Shown piece after piece: positions 35,187 to 43,731 of a stretch of DNA of 64,000 nucleotides (positions within the stretch are counted from its first letter, which is position 1; every line of letters starts with the position of its first letter). The DNA lies in assembly GCA_021414235.1 (NCBI GenBank), contig JAIOOV010000004.1, forward strand, positions 409,591 to 473,590, read 5' to 3'. Below the pieces are notes generated by a model. It made no database searches, had not been told where the DNA came from, and saw only the letters and a list, made by a program, of their open reading frames with translations. Position numbers and translations under genes: made by a program. The DNA is from Candidatus Parcubacteria bacterium (GTDB lineage Bacteria > Patescibacteriota > Minisyncoccia > Phycocordibacterales > JAKFXT01).

Positions 35187-36437
35187 ACAATGACCCCCCT
35201 GGTTTCTATCCCTCTGGGGATCACCGGAGCAGCCGGCATTCTCTTGCTCGGTTACTACCAGCTCTCAAGCATCGCGTCCAAAAGCGCGAACCGCGAAGAC
35301 GAGAATGGCATCTGGATCGTCAAACGAGAAGGTGAGGCCCGCAGCGTCATCCGCAACGGCACTCACATCAAGACGATCATGGCCTACAGAGGCCATACCA
35401 TCGGCCGCAAAGAGGGCCTCCCCCTCGTCGGCGACGGCTTCGACGATGAATACGTCGTTCCCGAAACCCCACCCGCGCATCCTCGCCTGCACAAATACCT
35501 GCAGCGGATGAACTGGTTCCAGGGTATCGCCTTCGTGGGGGTCCTCAAGGGTACCGAGCTCTACCGAGGACCCTTCGCTTGGATGTCCTTCAAACGAGGA
35601 CTCATGAGCGATAACGAAAAGCCGTTCAAGCAGCATGAGGAAAAGCCGTTTAGCTACCTCTACGTCCAGCCGGCCATATACGTCTTCAAGATGAGCAAGG
35701 TAGAGGTCGCAGGCGAATTCCCTCACGACATCTGGATCCTCGTAACCATCCAGGTGACGAACCCGGCACGGGCCTTTCATCGGATTCCGGCCTGGCTCGA
35801 CGCCACCATCGCGATCCTGGAGCCCCAGCTGCGAGAACTTTTCGGACAGCTGACTCCTACGGAGATCAACCAGGGCAGCATGCGCACTGTGGCGACGGCT
35901 GCCTCTCCGGGAGCGGGTACAACCCCGACCCCAGGGGAAGTTGACGAGCGCCTCCAGAGACTCGAAAAAAGACTCCTAGAAGGGAGTGACGACGAAACCC
36001 AAGTCGCCAAGCTCCTCAGAGATCTCGCTGAGCATGTCACCTACGCAAGGAACAACCCGGAGAAGAGCACCGAGCTCGTCTGCGGAGCCGCCGTCCGGAG
36101 CATCGGGGTATTCTCGATCGACCCGAGCGACGAGTCCCGCCGCAACGCGCTTCTCGCTAAAGAAACCGCTCGGCTCGAGGGAGAAGCCGAAGTCGTCAGA
36201 CAGACCCTTGGTGCGCGTGCAGCCGAAGCCGCAGCCGAAGGTGAGGCAAACGCCATCAAAATGGTCCGTAAAGCCTCAAAGAACATGAACCCGGCAGAGC
36301 TGACGATCGCTCTGGCCAACGTCACCACCAGGGGCTGGGTGGACGCCGCCAGCAAAGGCGCCCGCATCGTCATCAACACCGGCCAAGGTGGAATGACTTC
36401 TTCCCTCCTCACCGCAAGTGAGTTGGAAAAGCCTTGA
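35187..36437 (+). CDS. membrane-anchored protein, possibly SPFH/band-7 (flotillin-like)
   Basis: Preferred start MTPLVS (RBS AAAGGA) after promoter A. N-terminal TM helix, a central globular region, an Ala/Glu-rich coiled coil (EAEVVRQTLGARAAEAAAEGEANAI) and a C-terminal GARIVINTG tail, reminiscent of YqiK/flotillin-like proteins. Family assignment is tentative. Confidence 0.5.
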   Translation, partial: TMTPLVSIPLGITGAAGILLLGYYQLSSIASKSANREDENGIWIVKREGEARSVIRNGTHIKTIMAYRGHTIGRKEGLPLVGDGFDDEYVVPETPPAHPRLHKYLQRMNWFQGIAFVGVLKGTELYRGPFAWMSFKRGLMSDNEKPFKQHEEKPFSYLYVQPAIYVFKMSKVEVAGEFPHDIWILVTIQVTNPARAFHRIPAWLDATIAILEPQLRELFGQLTPTEINQGSMRTVATAASPGAGTTPTPGEVDERLQRLEKRLLEGSDDETQVAKLLRDLAEHVTYARNNPEKSTELVCGAAVRSIGVFSIDPSDESRRNALLAKETARLEGEAEVVRQTLGARAAEAAAEGEANAIKMVRKASKNMNPAELTIALANVTTRGWVDAASKGARIVINTGQGGMTSSLLTASELEKP

Positions 36438-36458
36438 TTTGCCTTGCCGAACAGCAAA

Positions 36459-36489
36459 CCCCGTCGCTCTCGCGACGGGGTTCTTTTTA
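36459..36489 (+). terminator. rho-independent terminator
   Basis: Stem CCCCGTCGC-TCTC-GCGACGGGG followed by TTCTTTTTAT. Confidence 0.65.
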
Positions 36490-36500
36490 TGCTCTGTTAC

Positions 36501-36529
36501 TTGACTTTATTTAATAAACGTGATATCAT
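36501..36529 (+). promoter_or_regulatory. sigma-70-type promoter (TTGACT-17-TATCAT), TTGACTTT family
   Basis: TACTTGACTTTatttaataaacgtgaTATCAT lies ~45 nt upstream of the ATG at 36573 (RBS AAAGAGG). Confidence 0.5.
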
Positions 36530-36572
36530 TCTTACAAAGCCCTTTAACAAGTTCGCAGAAAGAGGTTCTCCC

Positions 36573-37670
36573 ATGATCGACCAAGCCCTCGACTTCCTCT
36601 CCTCATTCTGGGGATTCGTGAGTCTCGTTGCCCTCGGAGTGGCGATCCTTGCTGTCGTAAACTGGACCTACGGGAACAGGACGCGCATGGCATTCACCAT
36701 CGTCGCTCTCATCGTGGGTTACACCCTGATCATCATCGGCTGGCAGCAGTGGGACACTGAGTACAACAAGCCAATCCTGGCCGTGTTGATCCTCGCAGCC
36801 ATCGCCGTCGCCCTCACTCTTGGGCTCAAAAAGGCGTTCCCGCCCGACCAACTGAAGGCGTGGTTCAAAGAGTACTGGGGATGGTTCCTCATAGGGATCA
36901 TGCCGCTTCTCGCTCTCGTGATTCTCTTCGGCGCAGACGGCTTAGCTATCGCCCTCTCCGGACCGTTCCTCCTGGCATACGCCATCATCATGATCTTGGC
37001 GGTGTTCCTCAAGTGGATTCTGGTGCCCTGGGGAATCGCAGCTTTCCTCCTGGGTATCTGGATCTTCGGCGGAACGCCGCAAGGCTTCCTGAACGGATTC
37101 GTTGGCAATACAACCTCGGTTGCTAAAGCCATCAAAGCCGACGCAAAAGCAGGAGCGGCACAGGCCAGCTGGATCGCGCAAGCGATGCAACCCGGGATGC
37201 GCCCTCATGAGAAGGCTCCTCCCGCCTACCTTGTCTCCACGATACCAGTCGAGACGGACAGGTTTCAGCTCTTCAACAACAAGAGTCACGGCTTCAAGGA
37301 TCTATGCAAGGACAAACCCTGCATCAACCCCCCGAACGCCCCCTACTGGGACGGAAAGGTCAACCAGAACAACGCACAGACCGCCCCTGCTCCGGCCAAG
37401 ACTCAGACAGCCAACCTCAAGCCGGCAGAGGTACCCTCCCTAATCGTCGAGCCCCAGTCAGCCGACGTCGTAAGCACCAGCCCGCTTCCTCGCGGCAGGT
37501 GCGTCCGAGCGAAGAGCGGCTATCCGGATATCTGGCACGCCGCCAGTAACCAGCGCCGGGAGCTCTACAAGGACTGGGTGGAGATCAGCATGTCGGGAGA
37601 CACCTATCCCCTGCTGAGCGAGAATGGAAAAAAAGCGACGGTTGAAGTCGCCCCCTGCGCCCGCTCGTGA
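36573..37670 (+). CDS. polytopic membrane protein (hypothetical)
   Basis: Preferred start MIDQALDFLSSFWGF. ~6 TM helices followed by a Pro/Ala/Gln-rich C-terminal tail with paired Cys (CKDKPC, GRCVRAKSG...APCARS). The track ORF starts earlier (36444) but that would overlap the terminator and promoter. Confidence 0.6.
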   Translation: MIDQALDFLSSFWGFVSLVALGVAILAVVNWTYGNRTRMAFTIVALIVGYTLIIIGWQQWDTEYNKPILAVLILAAIAVALTLGLKKAFPPDQLKAWFKEYWGWFLIGIMPLLALVILFGADGLAIALSGPFLLAYAIIMILAVFLKWILVPWGIAAFLLGIWIFGGTPQGFLNGFVGNTTSVAKAIKADAKAGAAQASWIAQAMQPGMRPHEKAPPAYLVSTIPVETDRFQLFNNKSHGFKDLCKDKPCINPPNAPYWDGKVNQNNAQTAPAPAKTQTANLKPAEVPSLIVEPQSADVVSTSPLPRGRCVRAKSGYPDIWHAASNQRRELYKDWVEISMSGDTYPLLSENGKKATVEVAPCARS

Positions 37671-37698
37671 ATATGTTCTTGCCCCGCAATCGGGGCGA

Positions 37699-37743
37699 CC
37701 CGCCGCAGCTCCTCACCGAGCTGCGGCGGTTTTCTTTTCTTCA
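37699..37743 (+). terminator. rho-independent terminator
   Basis: Stem CCGCCGCAGCT/AGCTGCGGCGG with a 7-8 nt loop, followed by TTTTCTTTTCTT. Confidence 0.65.
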
Positions 37744-37746
37744 GTG

Positions 37747-37819
37747 TGGACCCTACCGGGATCGAACCGGTCACCTCTTCCATGCCATGGAAGCGCTCTA
37801 CCAAATGAGCTAAGGGCCC
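37747..37819 (-). tRNA. tRNA-Ala (anticodon GGC)
   Basis: Acceptor GGGCCCT/AGGGTCC containing the G3:U70 Ala identity pair. D-arm GCTC/GAGC. Anticodon stem CTTCC/GGAAG with loop ATGGCAT (anticodon GGC). T-arm ACCGG-TTCGATC-CCGGT, A73. Confidence 0.85.
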
Positions 37820-37916
37820 TTATAGAAACAAAAATAGAGTAGCGTCTTAGACGATCAAGAGCAAGACGATACCGGAGTTATCCTCCTAGACCCTCCCCGC
37901 CACTCTCGCGTACAAT

Positions 37917-38876
37917 ATGAAGCACCTTTCTTCTCGAGAGCATATGAACCGCAAGTATCGCTTCCTGGTCATCGCCGCTTCTTCTTTCGTAGCCTTCTTG
38001 GCTATCGCCTCCCTCCTCGCCTGGCGCGGCTCGGTAGCGCCGGACGTTCCCCCTCTCCTCACCACCAACCTCGACTTAGAGAACAAGGTCATCCTTGATG
38101 AGCCCGGCTTCGAGATGCCCTGGCCGCTCTCTGCGGCCACCAATGTATTCTATGCCATCGGCGAGACCTTCTCGGATAGCGGGAACCGCCTCGTCGCCCT
38201 CGCGAGCCCTTCTACGAAGTACATAAAAGTCCTCCCTGGCATGCGCAAGGAACAGATGGCTGAGGTCATCGGCAAGCAGCTCGGCTGGGATGAGTATGAC
38301 AAAGAGATCTTCGCCTCTGCGGTAACCTCCTCCGGATTGATCAACGCCGAGGGGTATTTCTATCCCGGCTCCTACCTCATCGGCTCAAGCACCAGCCCCC
38401 AGGCACTCAGCAGCATGATGCTGGAGCGCTACGAAGAGCAGATCGGCAGCCGCTACGCTTCTTCTACTAAGAAGACCATCAATCCGCAGACTGCTTTAAA
38501 GATCGCCTCCATCATCGAGCGCGAAGCGGGCGGCCTTCACGACATGCGCCTCATCTCCGGCGTCATCTGGAACCGCGTATTCAGAGGCATGAGCCTGGAT
38601 ATGGATGCCACTCTTCAGTATGTAAAAGGAAGCAAAGAGAACGGCTGGTGGCCTCGCGTCCTCTCCAAGGACAAGTTCATCGACTCCCCCTACAACACCT
38701 ATCAAAACAAAGGCTTCCCTCCGACCCCTATTTCTAATCCCAGCCGCGCCTCCATCGAAGCAGCCCTCAATCCCAAAAAGACCGACTACCTCTTCTATCT
38801 CCACGATCGCTACGGCAACATCCATCCTGCACGCACCTACAAAGAACACGTCGCCAACATCAAGCGCTGGCTGTAG
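37917..38876 (+). CDS. mltG: endolytic murein transglycosylase MltG (YceG family), second paralog
   Basis: N-terminal TM helix plus YceG-like motifs (EGYFYPGSY, VIWNRV, DSPYNTYQNKGFPPTPISNP, YLFYLHDRYGNIHPARTYKEH). Confidence 0.8.
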   Translation: MKHLSSREHMNRKYRFLVIAASSFVAFLAIASLLAWRGSVAPDVPPLLTTNLDLENKVILDEPGFEMPWPLSAATNVFYAIGETFSDSGNRLVALASPSTKYIKVLPGMRKEQMAEVIGKQLGWDEYDKEIFASAVTSSGLINAEGYFYPGSYLIGSSTSPQALSSMMLERYEEQIGSRYASSTKKTINPQTALKIASIIEREAGGLHDMRLISGVIWNRVFRGMSLDMDATLQYVKGSKENGWWPRVLSKDKFIDSPYNTYQNKGFPPTPISNPSRASIEAALNPKKTDYLFYLHDRYGNIHPARTYKEHVANIKRWL

Positions 38877-38909
38877 CTCCGTACTTTTAGATATTGTAGG
38901 CTTCCCCCT

Positions 38910-39728
38910 ATGAAGCTTCTGGTAGTGATGAAGACCTACTCCAAGGACAACCGCGACCCTTCACGGGAGCGCTACTGCAAGGCGCCCAAGTCCGAGGTCA
39001 TGCTGCGCTGCCTCTTCTCGGTAGTACGCTCCCTCGCCGAGCTCCAGGGGGATATAAAGCTGGTCCTCATCAACAACAAGGACGACACTGCGCACCTCCC
39101 TGCCATACGCGGCATCCTCTCCCTCCTGCCCCACCCCTCCGAGATCGTCTTCATCGACCCTCCAGTGCCGCCCATCGCTCCTACGACCACCGACCGACAG
39201 ACTACGCCAGGAGCAGCCTTGGCCGCCTTCCAATACGGACTGGCCCACGGAGAAGGTGGCCTCCTGTACTTCGTGGACGACGACTATCTCCACGACGAGG
39301 GCGCCATCGCCAAGATGGTGGGAGCTCAGAGGCTCTTTAGCCAGAACCTTGGCCGCGAAGCCTGCATCGATGGTTTCAATGATCCCTTCCGTTACTACGA
39401 GCCGCGCAATATCGAGCCGACCCGCGTAGTGCACGGCCCTGACCGCCACTGGCGCCTCACCTATTTCTCTACCGCTACTTTCCTCATCCCCCACTCCATA
39501 CTGAAAAACTACTGGCACTACTTCGAAGCTCTGGGCAAGCATCCTTCCGACGGCAAGGCCGAGGACGACACCGTCAACCACCTCTGGCAAGACGTGGGCG
39601 TGCCCCTGTTCATGCCCATCCCCTCAGTCTCCCTCCATCTGCAGTTTGATACCGAAAAAGATCCCTTCATCGACTGGAAATCTTGGTGGGAGAATGCGGA
39701 TTACCGGCAGGCAATCGAGGTTATTTAG
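38910..39728 (+). CDS. putative GT-A fold glycosyltransferase (family 2-like)
   Basis: The N-terminal beta-alpha region (MKLLVVMKTYSKDNR) and a DxD-type motif (LYFVDDDYLHDE) suggest a nucleotide-sugar transferase. The family assignment is weak. Confidence 0.5.
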   Translation: MKLLVVMKTYSKDNRDPSRERYCKAPKSEVMLRCLFSVVRSLAELQGDIKLVLINNKDDTAHLPAIRGILSLLPHPSEIVFIDPPVPPIAPTTTDRQTTPGAALAAFQYGLAHGEGGLLYFVDDDYLHDEGAIAKMVGAQRLFSQNLGREACIDGFNDPFRYYEPRNIEPTRVVHGPDRHWRLTYFSTATFLIPHSILKNYWHYFEALGKHPSDGKAEDDTVNHLWQDVGVPLFMPIPSVSLHLQFDTEKDPFIDWKSWWENADYRQAIEVI

Positions 39729-39840
39729 TCCTAAAGCACCGGGGCAAGAGAGACCTTGACAGGTCTATATATGTGGTTTAAGGTGTTCGAGCCTTGCCGG
39801 AGAGTCCGGTACAGTGCACACCCAACGGGAGTTCGTTCAC

Positions 39841-40233
39841 ATGCAGCGTTTCTCGAAGTTCAGTGGCAACCCGATCCTCCACACCCTTCTGACCTCCGCC
39901 GCGGCGACCATCACCGGCATCGATCCGCAGAAGGCGAAGACCGAGTCCTACCGCCAGCAGACCGTCGGCAAGATCGAGATGGCCGGCACGACGCTGAAGG
40001 CGCTCGCCAAGGACCTGCCGCCGAACGACTTCAAGGAGATCGTGAGCGAGTTCGACAGCATCATCGGCGGCCGCCTCGGCGACTTCAGCAAGCAGGGCTC
40101 GATCCACGCCAAGCTGGGCGACCTGAAGGTCGACCTCGGCAAGCTGGCCAGCCCCGGCGCCAACGGCACCGGCCACCAGAAGGACCAGCGGCCGCAGTCC
40201 GGCGCCAAGCTGGGCGATCGCATCGCCGCCTGA
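39841..40233 (+). CDS. hypothetical small protein encoded in a GC3-saturated (~68% GC) island
   Basis: ORF (frame of 39814..40233) in which almost every codon ends in G/C (CTG, AAG, GGC, GAC), unlike the host pattern. Preferred ATG at 39841 has a GGGAG RBS. The alternative frames are Arg-rich junk. Confidence 0.45.
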   Translation: MQRFSKFSGNPILHTLLTSAAATITGIDPQKAKTESYRQQTVGKIEMAGTTLKALAKDLPPNDFKEIVSEFDSIIGGRLGDFSKQGSIHAKLGDLKVDLGKLASPGANGTGHQKDQRPQSGAKLGDRIAA

Positions 40234-40254
40234 TCGGCAACACTGCACCTTCCT

Positions 40255-40320
40255 GACGGGGCGCCTTCGGGCGCCCCGTTACCACCCTCACCCGCCCCCA
40301 AAGGCGGTTTTTGTTTTTAT
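40255..40320 (+). terminator. tandem terminator hairpins
   Basis: GGGGCGCC-TTCG-GGCGCCCC hairpin, then CCGCC-CCCAAA-GGCGG followed by TTTTTGTTTTTAT. Confidence 0.6.
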
Positions 40321-40377
40321 ACCCACCCTCGATTCATCTAGCTTTTCAGGAGATTTCGTGTAAATATGCCTGTCTAA

Positions 40378-40450
40378 GGGCCCTTAGCTTAGTTGGTAGA
40401 GCGCCTCATTTGCAATGAGGAGGTCGGGAGTTCGAATCTCCCAGGGTCCA
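40378..40450 (+). tRNA. tRNA-Ala (anticodon TGC)
   Basis: Acceptor GGGCCCT/AGGGTCC (G3:U70). Anticodon stem CCTCA/TGAGG with loop TTTGCAA (anticodon TGC). T-arm GGGAG-TTCGAAT-CTCCC, A73. Confidence 0.9.
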
Positions 40451-40512
40451 CTACGGCAGACAAAGGGACCGCAAAGGTCCCTTTTGCTTTGAAAATACTA
40501 GCAAAACAAAAA

Positions 40513-41475
40513 CTAATTATTCACCGCTAACCCCAACACATGATCCAAAAAGTTCGGCAACGGCAGCCCCGCTGCCTCTAACGCCATGGTCATAGGAGCG
40601 TCCGCGTAGAGACCAGGAAGAGTATTCACTTCCAGGAGATATATGCCGCGAGAGGGCGAGACGATGCAATCTACGCGAGAGTAGTGCCGCAGACCCAAAC
40701 CTTTATGCACGTCGGAAGCCAGCTTCTCCACTTCCCTCTTCCTCTCTGCGCTGAGCGGCGAAGGACAGTGAAGCGAAGCTCTCCCTTTGCTTTTAGAATC
40801 GTAATCAAAAAACTTCGCGCCTTGCGGCTTCACTACCACGGGAAAGAGTGAGTACGCTTCATGCCCGCGAAACCCCTCCACGACCCCACAAGTCACCTCT
40901 TCGCCACGGATGTGCTCCTCAATGAGTACCGAGGTGCTATAGGCAAAAGCCTTCTTCACCGCGGCTTCCAATTCGGCGAAAGAATGTGCCACACTCACCC
41001 CGAGCGACGAGCCTGCGGAAGCGGGCTTAACCACTACCGGCATCGGAGAGGAGCGGAAGAGGAACATCAGGCGTTCCGGGAGGTTCTCCCTGATACTCAA
41101 GATGCTAGAGCGAGGAGTCTTGAAGCCCAGAGCACGGAAGCGCTCCTTGGCGAGCGTCTTCTGCATACCGACAGATGACGGCAGCACTCGTGAGCCTGTG
41201 TAGGGCACGCCGAAGGCCTCCAAAATCCGCTGCGCCTTGCCGTCTTCGCCGAATTCCCCATGGAGTGCGTTGAAAACTACATCTACGCCCGAAAGCGCTC
41301 TTCCTGGGGTCATGGGGATACCATTCCTGTGCCACGCGCCGTCTTTGCTGATGAGGATATCGGCGAGACGATGACGCTCGCGCAGAGCGCGCAGCACCAT
41401 ATTGCCCGTCTGAAGCGATATCTCATATTCGCTCGAAGGACCTCCCCGGAGCACGCCAACCATCGCGTGAGTCAT
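40513..41475 (-). CDS. ddl: D-alanine--D-alanine ligase
   Basis: N-terminal VGVLRGGPSSEYEISLQTG and an ATP-grasp layout. The C-terminal LLEVNTLPGL motif is typical of Ddl. Confidence 0.9.
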   Translation of the reverse strand: MTHAMVGVLRGGPSSEYEISLQTGNMVLRALRERHRLADILISKDGAWHRNGIPMTPGRALSGVDVVFNALHGEFGEDGKAQRILEAFGVPYTGSRVLPSSVGMQKTLAKERFRALGFKTPRSSILSIRENLPERLMFLFRSSPMPVVVKPASAGSSLGVSVAHSFAELEAAVKKAFAYSTSVLIEEHIRGEEVTCGVVEGFRGHEAYSLFPVVVKPQGAKFFDYDSKSKGRASLHCPSPLSAERKREVEKLASDVHKGLGLRHYSRVDCIVSPSRGIYLLEVNTLPGLYADAPMTMALEAAGLPLPNFLDHVLGLAVNN

Positions 41476-41732
41476 GAGCTAAGTATACCAAAACGAAAGA
41501 GCAGGGGCGTGCCGGTGGCGCGCTCCTGCTCTTCTTATACGGCTCCTTCTTACGCCTACCTGTTCCCTGCCTTCATATGCATGAAGGACGAGTACGTTCG
41601 GTGCGGGGAGGGAGCCTCCTGCGTTCTTAGCCTCGTACACCCCGGCTCGAGGCGTGCCGTAACCCACCGGGCCACGACAGAAGCAGGAACATACTCGAAC
41701 CGATAGAAGTTAAACAAAAGGCGAAAAGCAGG

Positions 41733-42983
41733 TCAAGCGCGGGTGATGAACTTTTTGCGGCGGAGATGCTTGTGATAGGCAATAGCGAAACGGTGGACCT
41801 CCTGGTTCAAAGCAAGGATCTCCTTCTCGTATTTCTTCATCATATCCGCCCTGCCCTCCAAGCGCTCGGGACGATGCCGCTCGTTCTTCACTACCGAGAC
41901 GAGCGGGATGGAAAGGTTGTGCTCCTTGAGCACCTTCTCCGCAGCGTTACGCTGCGCGAGCGCTCCGTCGAGCACAATGAGATCCGGCAGCGGCCACTCC
42001 TCGTGGGCTAACCTGCGGCGGAGCACCTCTGCGAGCGCACCTACATCGTGTGCATCCTCAAAGCCGTAGATACGGAAGCGACGGTAGTAATTCTTGGCGA
42101 ACTCGCCATCGATGGAGACCACCATGGCCCCCGCCATGGACTCTCCCGAGAGGTGCGCGATGTCGTACGCCTCCATGCGGAAGCCGCTGCGCTGCCCCAG
42201 AGAAGGATCCTGCTTGATCAGAGCGATATCGTGGATATGGAGGAGCGCTTCCAGGGTACGCTTCAGCTCCCCTGCTTTTTCGAACTCCTTCGCTTTCGCG
42301 TGCTCCTTCATCTCCTTCTCAAGAGTACGGAGGAGCGTAGCCTTCTTCCCTTCCAGGAAGAGCGCCAGGTGCTTGATCTGCTTCTTGTACGCCGCCTCAT
42401 CCGCCACCCCCGCGCAGACGCCAGGACAGAGGCCGATCTGATAGTTAAAACAAGGTTTCGGAAGCTTACCGCGGGCAATAGCTTCGGAGGCTGGCTCGCA
42501 GCGATCCCGATATGGGAAAAGTTTCCTGATTATCTTCAAAGCATCCTTCAAGACTGCTCCGTGAGGAAAAGGCCCGATGAGGTAGAGACGCTTCTTCTCC
42601 GGATATTCCAGAGGAACGTTCCTGCCACGCGAGAGGAGTACCCGCGGGAAATCCTCGCGAGTGATGACGATGTAGTTGAAGCTCTTGTCGTCTTTCTCCT
42701 GGATATTGGCCGGAGGCTGGTGCTTCTTGATGAGATTGGCTTCAAGGATCACCGCCTCGAGCACTGAATCGGTCTCGGTATAGGAAAGTGCAGTTCCCCG
42801 CGTGACCATGTCCACGATGAGAGGTCCGCGGGTATGGATGACGTCATTGTTGAAATAGCTCCGCACGCGATCACGTAGCGAAGTGGCTCTGCCGATATAG
42901 AGGATGTGGCCCTTGGCGTCCTTGAAGAAGTAGACACCCGGCGCATCCGGTAAATTGAGTTTCTTGAAATCTTCGAGGGTCAT
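41733..42983 (-). CDS. uvrC: excinuclease ABC subunit C (short form without C-terminal HhH domain)
   Basis: GIY-YIG motif (GVYFFKDAKGHILYIGRATSLRDRVRSYF), a UvrBC-interaction region and an RNase H-like endonuclease domain. Preferred start is MTLEDFKKL (~42983). The ORF extends to 43217. Confidence 0.85.
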   Translation of the reverse strand: MTLEDFKKLNLPDAPGVYFFKDAKGHILYIGRATSLRDRVRSYFNNDVIHTRGPLIVDMVTRGTALSYTETDSVLEAVILEANLIKKHQPPANIQEKDDKSFNYIVITREDFPRVLLSRGRNVPLEYPEKKRLYLIGPFPHGAVLKDALKIIRKLFPYRDRCEPASEAIARGKLPKPCFNYQIGLCPGVCAGVADEAAYKKQIKHLALFLEGKKATLLRTLEKEMKEHAKAKEFEKAGELKRTLEALLHIHDIALIKQDPSLGQRSGFRMEAYDIAHLSGESMAGAMVVSIDGEFAKNYYRRFRIYGFEDAHDVGALAEVLRRRLAHEEWPLPDLIVLDGALAQRNAAEKVLKEHNLSIPLVSVVKNERHRPERLEGRADMMKKYEKEILALNQEVHRFAIAYHKHLRRKKFITRA

Positions 42984-43042
42984 GGGAAGTAGGTTCGCCG
43001 CGACAGGACCTCCAAGGTTGTCGCGGCGATATGGGGATGTCC

Positions 43043-43642
43043 TCATCGTGACCACTCCGAGCTGGGCACGTCCAGCCGAAGGATCCATTCCGAAGGCACA
43101 GGCTCCGACTCGCAGCCGAAGTATTTCTGAAGCAACGCGGCAAGCTGCCGAGCACGTTTCTTGGGAACCTTCTTGTTGGACAAGAAATTGCTCACCGCCT
43201 GCTCCACCTCGGTCCACAACCGATCATCCAGCCCGATCGGCGAGCCATCCTGTTCCACCCAAGAAGTCGGCGGAGCCTTCTCGAAGGACGAAAGGACGCG
43301 ATTCACTGGGGGCAGGTCGAGCCATGAGAGCCCGGCTAGGTTACGCTCCCAGAAGGCGTCGATGGCTTGCGTGATACTCTTGGCGGCCTGATCGGGACAT
43401 TGATCCAGCCATTCCGCCTGAGTGAAGGTGAGCCGAGCCAAGAAGCAGCTCAGATCCTTTGCTTTCGCCAACGACTGAAGCAATGCTTCTAAGCGCTGCT
43501 CGCGAGCCTTTTCACGGGCCTTCTGCATTTCTGCAAGCAGATTGACCCGCAGCGCCAGAGCCGGCGACATCAGGTCCACCACAGGAACGCGAGGGCGTTG
43601 ATAGTGGTGTTGGGTCTGATGCTGAACGTGACTGTCAAACAA
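43043..43642 (-). CDS. hypothetical protein (199 aa), TTG start, atypical codon usage
   Basis: ORF with a GGAGG RBS 6 nt upstream of the TTG at 43642. Leu codons are mainly CTG/TTG, versus CTC in the neighbouring genes. No motif recognised. Confidence 0.45.
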   Translation of the reverse strand: MFDSHVQHQTQHHYQRPRVPVVDLMSPALALRVNLLAEMQKAREKAREQRLEALLQSLAKAKDLSCFLARLTFTQAEWLDQCPDQAAKSITQAIDAFWERNLAGLSWLDLPPVNRVLSSFEKAPPTSWVEQDGSPIGLDDRLWTEVEQAVSNFLSNKKVPKKRARQLAALLQKYFGCESEPVPSEWILRLDVPSSEWSR

Positions 43643-43731
43643 GGCGACCTCCGCAGATGAAGGAGAAGAATGGAGTGCAAGAACACTTCCTAAAGCCCAA
43701 TCCTATCTTAGACGTGCAATGTTGTCGAACC

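Noticed and set aside
39756-40256. 166-aa plus-strand ORF (alternative frame) and the minus-strand ORFs in the GC-rich island
   Set aside because: Extremely Arg/Pro/Gly-rich (RRGDHHRHRSAEGEDR...), typical of wrong frames in GC3-biased DNA. The 39814/39841 frame has balanced composition and an RBS.
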